A stretch of DNA of 58,056 nucleotides, filler included, from an uncultured virus (IMG/VR IMGVR_UViG_2049941000_000247) (7 parts of one record of this genome joined end to end with filler, not necessarily neighbours in it), one strand, 5' to 3'. Counted from the first letter of the whole stretch, positions 1 through 10,822 are shown. The notes: generated from the sequence alone by a model not told the origin. Translations and numbers: made by a program.

Positions 1-2578
1 CATGATCGAATTGTTCGAGATCCAGAGCTGCTTGTCGCTGTACGTCCCGTTCTCGCTTTTCCTAGCCCTGATACCCGTCTGGTCGATCGTGATCTCGTTG
101 CCGGTACCTGAAATGATGTTGTTCTTCATTGTGTCGATCGCAGAATCCATAAACTGCTTGACGCTGGTATTGGCGCCGCTGTTGACAAAGCTGGAATAAT
201 TGTACTGCTGCAGATCGAGGTTGTGCCCCATGCTGACCGCCTTATCCAACAGGCTTTCCAGCGAAAAGCTCTTGTCATTCGTCGTGTAGCTGTCGCTGAA
301 TTCGATGCTGAACGCAGACGGATCGTCAAAATCGATACTTGCCCCGATCACAACAGGGGAGATCACCCCGTCAGGCAGATGCAGATAGATCTTATCCCCG
401 ATCTTGAAGTTCTGCGCGAATTCATAAAACTCATCCAGCACGAGAAAATTCGCGCTCTCCACACTGAAATGATAAGTAGGATACGCCAGCCGCTCCATGG
501 CGGTAACGGCGTAGTCGTACAGTTCCCATGCCACGGAAGACTTCTGATAATCCGTAACCTCGTGCGTGAGATATAACTGAGAACTAGTCGTATTCATGTT
601 GATACCGGTAATATCGTCACCGGTACCGGTCGTCGTCAGAGAATCAAACGTGCCGCTTATAGTCAGCGTACCGGGGCCGAATTCAGTCGACCCATCANNN
701 NNNNNNNNNNNNNNNNNNNNNNNNNNNNNNNNNNNNNNNNNNNNNNNNNNNNNNNNNNNNNNNNNNNNNNNNNNNNNNNNNNNNNNNNNNNNNNNNNNNN
801 NNNNNGTCTGTCTGGAGAGTGCCTTTGATGATCTCAGCGGTAGTGGACGGGTATATATTTATATTAGAAACGCAACCAGTGTTACCGATGCTGATCCTAA
901 CCTTCGCTGTACCGCTGCCGGTATTGAACGTCCCGCTCGGGTCAGTCGTCTTCAGTGAAACTCTCTTACTGCGTCTGAGGAACGTGTCGTTACTGTCGTA
1001 CTCCATGACCTTCAGATACCGCACACTTGAAGACGCCGTCCAGTCGCATGTCAGCATATATGTAGAATTTGACGCGACAGGCATATAGTCGATATACGCC
1101 GTATACGATAAGTCTGCGGCGTCGCCGTTGTCGTCAAGATACTTACCGCTAACAGTGGCCGCACCGTTTGTCAGCGAATCGCCGCACCATGTCGTTACGC
1201 TTCCGCCATGCACCGTATAAAAAACGGTGTTGTCATCTGTAACGCTTTTTGCGTCTGTGTCTGTAATCGTCAGCGTACTGTCTGAGTCAGTCAGGTCGGA
1301 TGAAACGGACGGTGAGCTGTAGCTTCCGTAATCGGATACAACAAACGTGCTGTCCGTCAGGGAGCCGACTTTGAAATACCGCCTGAGAACAAGAAGCTCT
1401 TCATCGGTAAAAGCGTCCAATCTGCTTGCAGACGTGAACGATACATATTCATTGATATCAGCAAGGTCGCCCTGTATCGTTGCGATGTCGCTTTCGATGC
1501 TGCTGATATCGCTTTCTTTCGCGGTGATTTCCGTTTTCTTTGCGCTGATCTCTGCGTTGCACGCGTCGATCTCATCCTGATGCGCGTCCGTAGGATCAAT
1601 AGCATACCCCTGCAGAAGCACCGCCAGCTTCGATTCCAATCCCTTCATTTCGCCGTTCAGCTCATTGAGCATCGCCTGCTCCGTGGAGAGCTGAGCCACC
1701 CTGCTCTGCATCCGCATCACAAGGATGAAGTACGAATCCTGACTGTCAGAAAACGCTTCTTTCCACGCGTTCCATTTGTCGATGATCGGCGGGTCAAAAT
1801 ACGACGTATTCATATACGCGTCCAGATTGTACAGCCTGTTTTCGCCCATCGGGTTGACGCTTCGAATGTCGACGCCTTCAGCGCCATAAACGTCAAGGAC
1901 TGTCGTCTGGTCGTCCGTATTTTCTTCGATTTCTATCTGCTTGATTAGATTCCGCTCAGACAGATAGACCGGCTGTATCGTAACATCGTCAGCCGTACTG
2001 ATCGCGCTGACAGTCCTGTCATACGTATCAAATATGAAAATGCAGTCATACGCCTGCTGAAGATCGTTCGTCATGAAGTCATACAGACTTACGCCATCAG
2101 CGCTGAACGTCCTGTACTTGCCGACAAGGTTCTCAGATATCGTGCCGACAGACCAATGCGGCATCTTTTCCATAATGAGCGACATGATCGACCCGCTGTT
2201 GGCAACGGGATTGTAAAAGTTGTACGTTCCCTCTTCCAGCGTGATCGTGTCGTTACTGAATTCGTACTCAAGGGAGTACGCCTTGCATGACTTCTTCCTG
2301 TTCACTCCGTCAGAGGTCTCTTCGGGGTTGCGCAGGATAAACTGCCCGTATCCCTGAACATCTATGATACGCAGTCCTGTCAGAAGCTCAAATTCGGGGA
2401 GCACCGTCCCGTTCACCTGATACGGATAGTCAAATGTGATCTCAGAAACTTCCGCAAGATGAATGTCCATTTTGAGCCCGATCGCGTGCGTCAGGGCACC
2501 GATCGGTCTGTCGTCCATATTCTTCAGGATCAGTGTCGGACGTTTCTTCAGATCGACGTCCTTAAAATCAATTACCAC
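1..2578 (-). CDS. Phage tail spike / tail endopeptidase-like structural protein (3' partial, gap at 697-805)
   Basis: 627 aa ORF whose frame resumes after the gap to the window edge; N-terminal SEITFDYP...KAYSLEYE pattern typical of siphophage tail proteins, coiled coil and beta-rich insert; RBS AGGAGG upstream. Confidence 0.7.
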
Positions 2579-2614
2579 GATTCAACCTCCTTTCTGTTCC
2601 AAATGTCAAAGATA

Positions 2615-3814
2615 TCATTCCTCTGTATAAGTATAAGTAGCGCTGCTGGGATAATTTGTCGCGCCTGTATATGCGCTCAGCTTGCCGGTCGGCACGTAGA
2701 TAACACAATCCGCCGGAACATTCGCAAACGCGTTGCTCGCAGTAACTGTGGGCGGCGTGTTGCCTTTGAAATGAATCGCATACATCGTCGCGCATCTTCC
2801 GAATGCGTACTGCCCAATGCTCGTAATTCCAACCGGAACTGTAACTTCACCAAGCATAAGGCACTCATACAGCATATAATCCGGGATGCTCGTCATACCG
2901 CCGGAAATCACAAACTGCGTAAGCGAATTGCATGCATTGAAGGCATACGTCCCAACGGACGTAACGCTGTCCGGAAGCATAACGGACGACAGTGAATAAC
3001 AACTCTGGAATGCATACATTCCGATCGAAGTAACCGTGTTCGGAATCAGCACAGACTCAAGAGAGCTGCACCCCGAAAACGCGTCATCGTAAATCGAAGT
3101 CATCCCGGACGGGATCGTGATTGATTTCAGACTATTGCAGTTTGCCATCATATGGTCTGCGGACGACGCGGTCATGCTGTCAGGCATCATAACGGACTCA
3201 ATCGATCTGCAGTACGCGATCGCGTACGTTCCAAGCTCGACGCCGGAACCAAACTCGATCTTCTGAATAAGAGTAACGTAAATCATATCGACAGCCTGAT
3301 TGCCAGACGTACCAAAAAGCAGCCTTGACGAGCCGTTCTGTCCGAATACCCTGATCGTTCCGGTAACAGCGATCTTGATCACATAGTTTCCTGCTCTCGC
3401 ATACGTGTGATTCGCACTCTGCATCGTACTGATGTTCATGCCGCTGAGCGTGCTGTCAGAAGTGCCGTCTCCCCAATCGATCACAGCGGTACCATTGACG
3501 CCGAACCGCACAGACAAACTGAGGCGGTTATCCGGCAGACTTACATATATCCGCGTCTTCCCGTCGGACGTATTGTATTTCTGGCATATATCAAGCCCGC
3601 CATGCGAAGCAACGTACGCCTTCGCGTCTGACAGAGACCAGCTCCATCCCTGTGAAGTGAGTCCGCTGTGCGTCGGATTCTCAGGCATCTCGCTCAGAGA
3701 ATTGAACGCGGCGGCTGTATAGCTATATAAGACGGTGCCGTCGTAGTCTGTAAAATTGACCGCCTTGCGCTGAACTGGAGTACCTCCGCCGCCACCTCCG
3801 CCACCGCCGCCGCC
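2615..3814 (-). CDS. BspA-type leucine-rich-repeat protein, likely tail/receptor-binding (5' partial)
   Basis: Repeats of L.S(I/V).(I/L)P.(G/S/T)(V/M)TSI...AF..C..L; IDWGDG PKD-like motif; frame open to a poly-Gly stretch at the scaffold edge. Confidence 0.8.
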   Translation of the reverse strand, partial: GGGGGGGGGGGTPVQRKAVNFTDYDGTVLYSYTAAAFNSLSEMPENPTHSGLTSQGWSWSLSDAKAYVASHGGLDICQKYNTSDGKTRIYVSLPDNRLSLSVRFGVNGTAVIDWGDGTSDSTLSGMNISTMQSANHTYARAGNYVIKIAVTGTIRVFGQNGSSRLLFGTSGNQAVDMIYVTLIQKIEFGSGVELGTYAIAYCRSIESVMMPDSMTASSADHMMANCNSLKSITIPSGMTSIYDDAFSGCSSLESVLIPNTVTSIGMYAFQSCYSLSSVMLPDSVTSVGTYAFNACNSLTQFVISGGMTSIPDYMLYECLMLGEVTVPVGITSIGQYAFGRCATMYAIHFKGNTPPTVTASNAFANVPADCVIYVPTGKLSAYTGATNYPSSATYTYTEE

Positions 3815-3858
3815 NNNNNNNNNNNNNNNNNNNNNNNNNNNNNNNNNNNNNNNNNNNN

Positions 3859-3870
3859 TTAATTAATTAA
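3859..3870. other. Artificial scaffold linker TTAATTAATTAA (also 26427, 29903, 32672, 38140, 57796)
   Basis: Identical 12-mer with stops in all six frames, always embedded in N runs. Confidence 0.95.
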
Positions 3871-3914
3871 NNNNNNNNNNNNNNNNNNNNNNNNNNNNNN
3901 NNNNNNNNNNNNNN

Positions 3915-4045
3915 AGGGATTTCCTGCGCAGCGGCACACCGCGCGCCATCGTGTATAAATATGCATCCGGCGAAGACGCCGGTCCGCAGACGATCCGAAT
4001 CAGACGGACCGATGCGGGTGTGATCAGGGTTTCCTGATATACATA
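3915..4045 (+). ncRNA. Structured intergenic element, copy A (5' end lost at scaffold edge)
   Basis: Collinear motifs shared with 4503-4610 (CGGCACAC, CGCCATC, CATCC.GCG.AGA, GACGG, GTTTCCTGATA); internal stems. Confidence 0.45.
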
Positions 4046-4107
4046 GGACTCATTCCGGTCGCCATCCGGTTGAGAATATTCATGAATATTTAAGGAGGTA
4101 TACAAAA

Positions 4108-4482
4108 ATGGCGAAAGTTAAGGTTATCGGAGAGGCAGCGGTCGTGCTGTCCGAGCTCAAGCTGGACGATCTCAGNNNNNNNNNNTCCCGAGGCGCTGAC
4201 CCTGCGCGGTGAGGACGAGAAGAAGTCTCCCATCTTCAAGATCGGGGTTTCTTCCTGCCGTATGGGTGAGATCGGTGCGTTCGGCGCCTGCTTCGGCGCG
4301 GCCGACGGCGACGGGTTCGCCACCATCACCATCGCCCCGCTTGCTGCGGAGGGTGAGGATCTCAAGGAGGCGGTCGCCGAGAAGATCGGTCCTGCGATCC
4401 TGCATCTGAACAAGCTGGAGGCGAAGCTCCCGGCCGTGATCGAGGAGATCGACGCCGAGCACGCCGCGATCATCCCCCTACA
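4108..4482 (+). CDS. Hypothetical protein upstream of Ubl (gapped)
   Basis: AAGGAGG RBS, MAKVKVIGEAAVV..., continues after gap as PEALTLRGEDEKK...HLNKLEAKLP. Confidence 0.75.
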
Positions 4483-4502
4483 NNNNNNNNNNTCGGGAAT
4501 AT

Positions 4503-4610
4503 CGAGATCGCCTGATCCGGCACACGGGGCCGCCATCCCCGGCGGCCCCGCATTCATCCTGCGCAGAACCGCTGAAAAGATGACGGTTCGTGCGTTTCCT
4601 GATACAAAGT
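4503..4610 (+). ncRNA. Structured intergenic element, copy B (5' end next to gap)
   Basis: Same motif order as copy A; hairpins GGGGCCGCC/GGCGGCCCC and GAACCG/CGGTTC. Confidence 0.45.
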
Positions 4611-4671
4611 TTTCAACGCCGAAAGCGGCGAAAAAAAAATAAAACATGATTTTGAAAGGAGAAAATCAAAA

Positions 4672-4920
4672 ATGACTAGAATCTCTATTGGGAACACCCT
4701 CGGAACTGACGCCCCCGAAATCTACGAAAGCAGTCTCACCGTCCGCCAGGTACTCGAGCAGTATGGCGAGAGCAAAGGCATCGACTACCGCAGATCCACC
4801 TGGAATATCAACGGCGGCAGGCCCCTGAGCAATGAAGAGCTGGATACGACCCTGGCCGGCCTTGGCTACGAGGGCAAGGATATCTTCCTGATGAGCATCG
4901 TCAACGCCAAGAACGCCTGA
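4672..4920 (+). CDS. Ubiquitin-like beta-grasp protein
   Basis: 82 aa; beta-hairpin, TVRQVLE helix, NGG, TLAGLG pattern of Ub/ThiS/YukD folds; ends VNAKNA; E2/JAB/E1 genes downstream. Confidence 0.7.
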   Translation: MTRISIGNTLGTDAPEIYESSLTVRQVLEQYGESKGIDYRRSTWNINGGRPLSNEELDTTLAGLGYEGKDIFLMSIVNAKNA

Positions 4921-4949
4921 CCGGCGTCTGGCCGAGCGGAAGCATAACA

Positions 4950-4979
4950 GAACCCGCCCCATCCACGGGGCGGGTTTTT
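4950..4979 (+). terminator. Intrinsic terminator after Ubl
   Basis: AACCCGCCCC-atccac-GGGGCGGGTT followed by TTT. Confidence 0.75.
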
Positions 4980-4998
4980 CATGCCCGGNNNNNNNNNN

Positions 4999-5295
4999 CC
5001 GGAATTCGATGAGGAAGACGTCATCGAAGATCGGGAGCGCGAGCTTGACATGGCTTTCGACGCACTGTTGGAGATCGTCGTCGAGCATCAGTACGATCTG
5101 ATGATGACGTATGAGGACGTCATCGAAGACCTGAAGGATCTGGTTTGCGAGCGCCTTGCCCGCAAGTACAACCTGGACATCTATCGTCCCATGATCCTCG
5201 TGGATGAAGACGGAGAAGAATTCTTCGAGGAATATCCGTACTCCGTGATGATCTACGACGATGAGCAGGACGAGCCTGTGAAGAAAGGAGCGTGA
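4999..5295 (+). CDS. Acidic hypothetical protein (5' in gap)
   Basis: Open frame, very D/E-rich, overlaps next start. Confidence 0.7.
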   Translation, partial: PEFDEEDVIEDRERELDMAFDALLEIVVEHQYDLMMTYEDVIEDLKDLVCERLARKYNLDIYRPMILVDEDGEEFFEEYPYSVMIYDDEQDEPVKKGA

Positions 5296-5577
5296 TGCCA
5301 TTGCTTGCAACGGGCAGGGAAATGCTGGATGAAGCCGAGAGACGGCTTCTTGATCTGGGTTTCCCGCAATCTATGACATGGGCTTTTCATGGCTCAGGAG
5401 AACCGTGGATATGTCTGCCGATATTTGGCGACTGCTACCCGATAGAATATGAGGAACTGAAACAGCTTGTGCAACAGTACGGGCAGGAATACGACGTTCT
5501 GATCTATCTGGTTCTGCGGTTTTACAGCCCGGACGGGCAGGAGGACGCGTTCCTGTATGTGGACAGGGATGTAGAGC
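5295..5577 (+). CDS. Hypothetical protein (3' in gap)
   Basis: AAAGGAG RBS, TGATG translational coupling. Confidence 0.6.
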
Positions 5578-5613
5578 NNNNNNNNNNCGTAACAAAACGG
5601 AAGGAGTGATGAC

Positions 5614-6987
5614 ATGTTCAGAAAGTCAGTTACACAGACGCTGCTGACGTCCGACCTCGCAAACGAGGTGTTCCCGAATATCTACGGGTCGGACTTCAAC
5701 GGTGATGTATCGTTCGTGGCGACGCTGAGAGCGCTGGTGTCGTCGCGGATCCCCGAAGATGATCACATCGAATTCAGGTACAAGAGGATCGGCAACAACA
5801 TTTCCAGATATTCGGATGAGGAGTCCGTCCGCCTCATTCGCGAAAATGCTAAAGATGCTTCGATCACGCTGATAGACATTCAGTCCGGCGACGCGACTGC
5901 GTGGCTCGACAGGATGGAGCAAAACATCGGCGTTCACGACGGGATGAAGCGCCTCGAAAGGATCACGCAGTTTTTTGAAAAGGCTTTTCGCATCCTGTGC
6001 TGGATCGACCAGGACAGAAAGTCCGTCCTGCTTCTCACAGATCACATCAACATCCGCCAGTTCCACTATCTTCAGCGCGCGATCCTGGCGATGCTCCCGT
6101 GGTATTTCGATCCCGGCAAGGGGCTTTCCGCCGAAGAAATGGCGCTTCTTGAATCCCTGCGTCAGAAGACGGAGACGGATTATGAGAAGTGCATCGCGGA
6201 TTTCGCCGCGAAGTATGACTTCCGCGCCATACGCATCAAGCGCGATCTGGCAGGCTTCGAAGCTCAGAAGGAAAAGGCCGAGCTGAGAATCAGAANNNNN
6301 NNNNNTACGGAGAACCTGATCATGGGTCTCAACGCGCGTATCGCCAAAGTCGGTGAAGAGGATTCTCCGATCATGCAGTATTTTCTCATGAACCCCAGGC
6401 TGGTTATTGAGTCTGTCGGAGATGGTGGGGTTATGAAGTTTGGTGTTCGTGATTACCTCACGTTCTTCGACGAGGATCATGCGAAGGCGATGATCGAAAA
6501 CCTCGACAGCGTCCTGTATCGGCCCAACGACAGGTCGTGCGACAATATCATCCCGGATGAGGATATGCAGCTGTTCTACAACGCGGTTTTTCTGGATCAG
6601 TCCGTAAAGATCAGGATGTGCGCGGTTTACAGCATTCAGGTCGGCGGAGGCGTCAGCGCGTGCGGCCAGTATCGTTACGGTCCTGAATACAACACGTATC
6701 TCCCGAATCCGCATATCCATTGTTACTCATGCATGGGGCAGTATTCTCAGCACATCAACGAGTGCCTGATGGCCGGGAACTATGTGGGCGCAGTAGAGCA
6801 GTGCGCATCGTCCTGCCGCAGCCTGAACGTGGATGACTACCCGGTAATCTCTGAGTTTGCCAGAATGATGTACGGCATTTCGGACTACCTAGCAAACGGA
6901 AACACATGCGTCGAGCTTCCGGATGGCCGCGTGGTCAACCCGAAGAGAGCGATCAAGTATCTGAAAGGAGAGGAAATTGATGGCTAA
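5614..6987 (+). CDS. Prokaryotic E2-like (UBC-fold) protein with N-terminal extension and coiled coil
   Basis: PNPHIHCYSCMG matches the E2 HP(H/N)I...C(L/M)G active-site pattern; directly before JAB. Confidence 0.65.
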   Translation: MFRKSVTQTLLTSDLANEVFPNIYGSDFNGDVSFVATLRALVSSRIPEDDHIEFRYKRIGNNISRYSDEESVRLIRENAKDASITLIDIQSGDATAWLDRMEQNIGVHDGMKRLERITQFFEKAFRILCWIDQDRKSVLLLTDHINIRQFHYLQRAILAMLPWYFDPGKGLSAEEMALLESLRQKTETDYEKCIADFAAKYDFRAIRIKRDLAGFEAQKEKAELRIRXXXXTENLIMGLNARIAKVGEEDSPIMQYFLMNPRLVIESVGDGGVMKFGVRDYLTFFDEDHAKAMIENLDSVLYRPNDRSCDNIIPDEDMQLFYNAVFLDQSVKIRMCAVYSIQVGGGVSACGQYRYGPEYNTYLPNPHIHCYSCMGQYSQHINECLMAGNYVGAVEQCASSCRSLNVDDYPVISEFARMMYGISDYLANGNTCVELPDGRVVNPKRAIKYLKGEEIDG

Positions 6988-7869
6988 GATCATCCGTCTC
7001 ACGCCCGAGCTGGTCGAAAAGCTGCGGGCGGAATTTGAGGACGCCGTGAAAAGCATGCGTCTTTCCGACGGGAAATTCAGCTTCGAGCGCAGTATCACGG
7101 CGGAAAAGCAGGAAGCCACGGTCTTCTTCACGGAGAAGGCGTGGCTCAAGATGTGGGCGCTCATCAACAAGTACGACAAGGAGGTCGCGTGGCACGGTAT
7201 CGCCCGTCGCGGCGACGATGAGTCAAAGAACGAGTATATCATATCAGACATCCTGATCTACCCGCAGAAAGTCACCGGCGCTACGGTGGAGACGGATCAC
7301 GCTGAGTATCAGAGCTGGCTTTTGAGCCAGGGTCCCGCCGTCATGAGCACGATCCGTATGCAGGGGCATTCGCACGTGAATATGTCCACGTCCCCGTCCA
7401 CCGTCGACACCGGGTATTACAAGGAGATCATCGACCAGCTCTCCAACACGATGTTCTATATCTTCATGATCTGGAACAAGCGCGGTGAGAAGACGATCAT
7501 GATCTACGATATGGCAAAGAACATCATGTTCCAGTCGTCCGATGTCAAGGTTGAACTCATCGAGGGGGATATCGGGGTGTCAAAGCTCCTTGACGAGGCT
7601 GACAAGATGGTCAGATCCAACGTGTACACATACCAGTCCACCGTGNNNNNNNNNNTGAGAAACCGGAGAAGGAACCGGAAAAGAAGTCTGCCGACCCTGT
7701 GGCGGCTTCTGACAGCAAGAGCAAGGTCAGGAAGGGCAGACGCAAGGAGAAGGAGAGCAGGTATCCCCGCTCCGCCGCGTATGGTCTGGCGGGTTTTGAC
7801 GAGGACTACGACGATGACGACGATCCCTACGGTCCGTTCGGATATCGTGAGTATTACGGCTGGAGGTGA
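6980..7869 (+). CDS. JAB/MPN+ metallopeptidase with low-complexity C-terminal tail (gapped)
   Basis: EVAWHG and GHSHVNMSTSPSTVD = E...HxH-x7-S-x2-D JAMM motif. Confidence 0.9.
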
Positions 7870-7874
7870 GCTGA

Positions 7875-8357
7875 ATGACGAGAGAGGAATTTCGCGACGA
7901 CCTGTGGTCGTGGTGGGAGCTGTACGATTTATGTCAGGAGATAGGGTACAGCTTCCTTGACGACATGATGGACGACAAATCCCGAGATGAGTATATCGAG
8001 GGCGAGCTCAAAGACGCGATCCGCAATGAAAACTGGCGCGATATCCGCGACTGGCTGTACAACATCCCCGATGGCAGCAGCGGATCGTACTGGCTCAAGG
8101 ACGATTACGGAGACTGGATTGAGCTGAATGACTATAACTTCAGCGATTACAAGAACCAGGTCGAAGGGTGGATGGACGATCACGGGTGCTGGGATGACGA
8201 GGAAGAGGACGCGCGCCCGCAANNNNNNNNNNCGGACGACTACGGCAAGGCTGACGCCGAGTCTGTGACTCTTGACGCTCTCTTCGCCGCTTCCGCAGCC
8301 GTTGCCGCAGAGGACTTCCTTGAGTCCGTGGCGGATTTTCTCACCATCCCGGCATAA
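7875..8357 (+). CDS. Acidic Trp-rich hypothetical protein
   Basis: GGAGGTGA RBS; sits between JAB and E1. Confidence 0.75.
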   Translation: MTREEFRDDLWSWWELYDLCQEIGYSFLDDMMDDKSRDEYIEGELKDAIRNENWRDIRDWLYNIPDGSSGSYWLKDDYGDWIELNDYNFSDYKNQVEGWMDDHGCWDDEEEDARPQXXXXDDYGKADAESVTLDALFAASAAVAAEDFLESVADFLTIPA

Positions 8358-8388
8358 TAAGCTATCGAATTTGAAAGGAGCATGAACA

Positions 8389-9066
8389 ATGGATCTTTCC
8401 AAAAGCTATGAGTTTTTCAAACCTGAGTCGGTAGACGCCCGAATCCACATCCTCGGGTGCGGCTCCGTCGGTTCCACCATCGCGGAGAATCTGGTCAGGT
8501 GCGGTGTCACAAAGCTGACACTTTGGGATTTCGACACGGTGGAGGAGCACAACATCGTCAACCAGATGTTCCGGTATCAGGACGTAGGCCGCCCCAAGGT
8601 NNNNNNNNNNGGAGGCGCTGCGGGATATCCTGGTCGAGATCAATCCGGACGCGGCTCCGGATATCGAGCTGAAGCCGGAAGGATGGCAGGGCAAGCTGCT
8701 CTCCGGGTATCTGTTCCTCGCGGTGGACAGCATGGATCTCCGCCGCAAGATCGTGGAAAAGCACATCGACAGCCCGTTCGTCCGGGCGGTTTTTGATGTG
8801 CGTACCATGCTCACCGGCGCCCAGCACTACGCGGCGGACTGGAGCTCCTATCAGGCGAAGCAGAATCTCCTGGCATACATGCAGTTCTCCGATGACGATG
8901 TGGAGGAGGAGGTTTCCGCCTGCGGCACGGTCCTCGGCGTGGCAACCACCGTCCGTCTCATCAGCGCCCTGTGCGTGAACAACTTCATCAACTTCATCAA
9001 GGGCAAGGAACTCAGNNNNNNNNNNCCGTCATCGACGGGTTTTCCTTCAACCTGACGGCTTTCTGA
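8389..9066 (+). CDS. ThiF/MoeB/E1-like adenylyltransferase (two gaps)
   Basis: GCGSVGS, DFDTVEEHNIVNQ, GRPK..AL...L..INP, LAVDSMDLR; candidate catalytic Cys in VSACG; no CxxC zinc pairs. Confidence 0.9.
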
Positions 9067-9076
9067 GGTGCGTGCT

Positions 9077-9519
9077 ATGCATGAGTTCCATGTGGGAGAC
9101 AGGGTGTACGTCCCCTATTTCGATCAGTCGAACAGACCGATCTGGGCCGTGTCTGGTATGGATAAACTGTCAGATCATACGTATACGGTCCGCTGTGTCG
9201 ATTACGACGGGGACTATAATGCCTGGATCGCTTTTTATGAGGTCGACTGGTCTTGGAAATCCGACTGGCTTCGTCCGGCTTATGATTACAAAGTCGGCGA
9301 CCGTGTCTATGTGAAACCGTTCACACCGTCCGGCAGGCCGTACTGGGCGTGTGCAGAAATGGCTGAGTACAGCGGCATGGAGCACACGATCACAGGTATC
9401 AACGGCGACGTTTATACGCTGGACTGCTGCGGCTACGCATGGTCCAGAGATATCTTTGAGCCTGCCGATCTGGTGCCAGAGTTTGAGTCCGAGTCCACCG
9501 AGGATCTCCTCAGTCTGTT
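9077..9519 (+). CDS. SH3/KOW-like paralog 1 (two tandem domains)
   Basis: FHVGDRVYVP...RPIWA..MDK and YKVGDRVYVK...RPYWA..MAE. Confidence 0.75.
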
Positions 9520-9529
9520 NNNNNNNNNN

Positions 9530-9816
9530 GGGTAGAACAGTATACGCTGAATGGACGCACGTTCCATGTAGGAGATGTGGTTTTTGTCCCTGAGTTTTCG
9601 GCAGACGACCCGCCATTCTGGGCTGCGCCGAGTATGGCGAAGCTTACCGGACGGGAGCACACGATACGTAATATGCGGGAATCCGGGAGAATGGTGATCG
9701 TCGAGTTCGAGGATTGCGGATGGGCTTGGCGCCTTGACTGGCTTAGGCCGGTCGATGAATGGGTATTTGAGCCGGACGAGAATGACGGTCTGGCTTGTTT
9801 GTTAGGTATCCAATAA
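9530..9816 (+). CDS. SH3/KOW-like paralog 2 (start in gap)
   Basis: FHVGDVVFVPEF...PPFWA..MAKLTGREHTI...WAWRLDWLRP. Confidence 0.75.
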
Positions 9817-9841
9817 TCAAAACTGAAAGGAGAAAAAAGCA

Positions 9842-10132
9842 ATGTACAAGAACATCTACAGAAACATGACCATGGAGGATCTCAACCGTAAAAGCAAGNN
9901 NNNNNNNNAGCGCATCGAGCTCCACGCCCTGAGCGGCTCCGGCGATACGTCCGTCGGCTTTGAGTACGATGACATCCGTCTCGCCAGGAACGCCTGCGTC
10001 ACCATGCGCAACTACGTCCGGCGCGTCANNNNNNNNNNNNNNNNNNNNNNNNNNNNNNNNNNNNNNNNNNNNNNNNNNNNNNNGCCCCTCGTCATCTCCC
10101 AGCGCAGGAACTTCATGATCGCCCACAAGTAG
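9842..10132 (+). CDS. Hypothetical protein (gapped)
   Basis: AAAGGAG RBS and open frame. Confidence 0.6.
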   Translation: MYKNIYRNMTMEDLNRKSKXXXXRIELHALSGSGDTSVGFEYDDIRLARNACVTMRNYVRRVXXXXXXXXXXXXXXXXXXXPLVISQRRNFMIAHK

Positions 10133-10216
10133 TGGGCTTCCTGTGTATGACGCTTCTTTGCGTCACAGTCGTATACATACTGATCTTCATACTGTCAGGA
10201 AAAAGGAGGTGATCCC

Positions 10217-10408
10217 TTGCGGGACCCCAACAGGATTCCGGATTTCTGCGGCCGCCTTGCCAGGGCATGGGCGTGTGTTCCGGATTGGCGTTTCGGCCAG
10301 TTCATGTGCAACATGCTTGGCGATCTGACCATGGCAGGGCGCGATCCGTTCTTCCCGGAGGACGATGAGATGATCACGCTCATCGAAAAGTACGTACAGG
10401 GCTTTTAA
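10217..10408 (+). CDS. Small conserved phage protein (MRDPNRI...PDWRFGQ type)
   Basis: AAGGAGGTGA RBS, TTG start, recognisable phage motif. Confidence 0.75.
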   Translation: MRDPNRIPDFCGRLARAWACVPDWRFGQFMCNMLGDLTMAGRDPFFPEDDEMITLIEKYVQGF

Positions 10409-10470
10409 GCTGACGGTTTCCGCGCATCAAAGTGCGCAGACCGTCCGCGTGAGGTAATTTTGATTTGAAA

Positions 10471-10797
10471 TGAATGATTGTTTTGCTATTTGCCTATGGC
10501 GTTTTCGTCAGAAGCAGCTCTTGCTGTTAGCGGGAGTGACACATTGTCAGAGCAACAGTTTCACCAGCAGAGCAGCAACTCCTGTGGTATCCAGACTCAA
10601 TTTTGGATCTTCCCTGATGTCGTATCTCAAGCCCGTTTCGAGGAAATCCAAATAACCCTGTACTTCTCATAGCTCCGGCTGATGACCCGTTGACTTTGTT
10701 GTCCCAATCCGATGACGAAGTTTCTTAATTAAATTACTACTTACCAGGAACTTCTCATCTCTGAAGACATCCGTATTATGTTGATTACAGTCATTCA
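10471..10797 (+). ncRNA. Retron-like msr-msd ncRNA, unit 1
   Basis: Terminal IR TGAATGATTGT/ACAGTCATTCA (11 bp, one G-U); core hairpin 10517-10537; directly upstream of RT. Confidence 0.85.
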
Positions 10798-10822
10798 CAC
10801 AAAGAACGAAAGGAGGGTTTTT

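Noticed and set aside
5626..6720. Long antisense ORFs (e.g. 364 aa opposite E2, 284 aa opposite dnaE)
   Set aside because: Shadow frames from codon bias, without RBS or motifs
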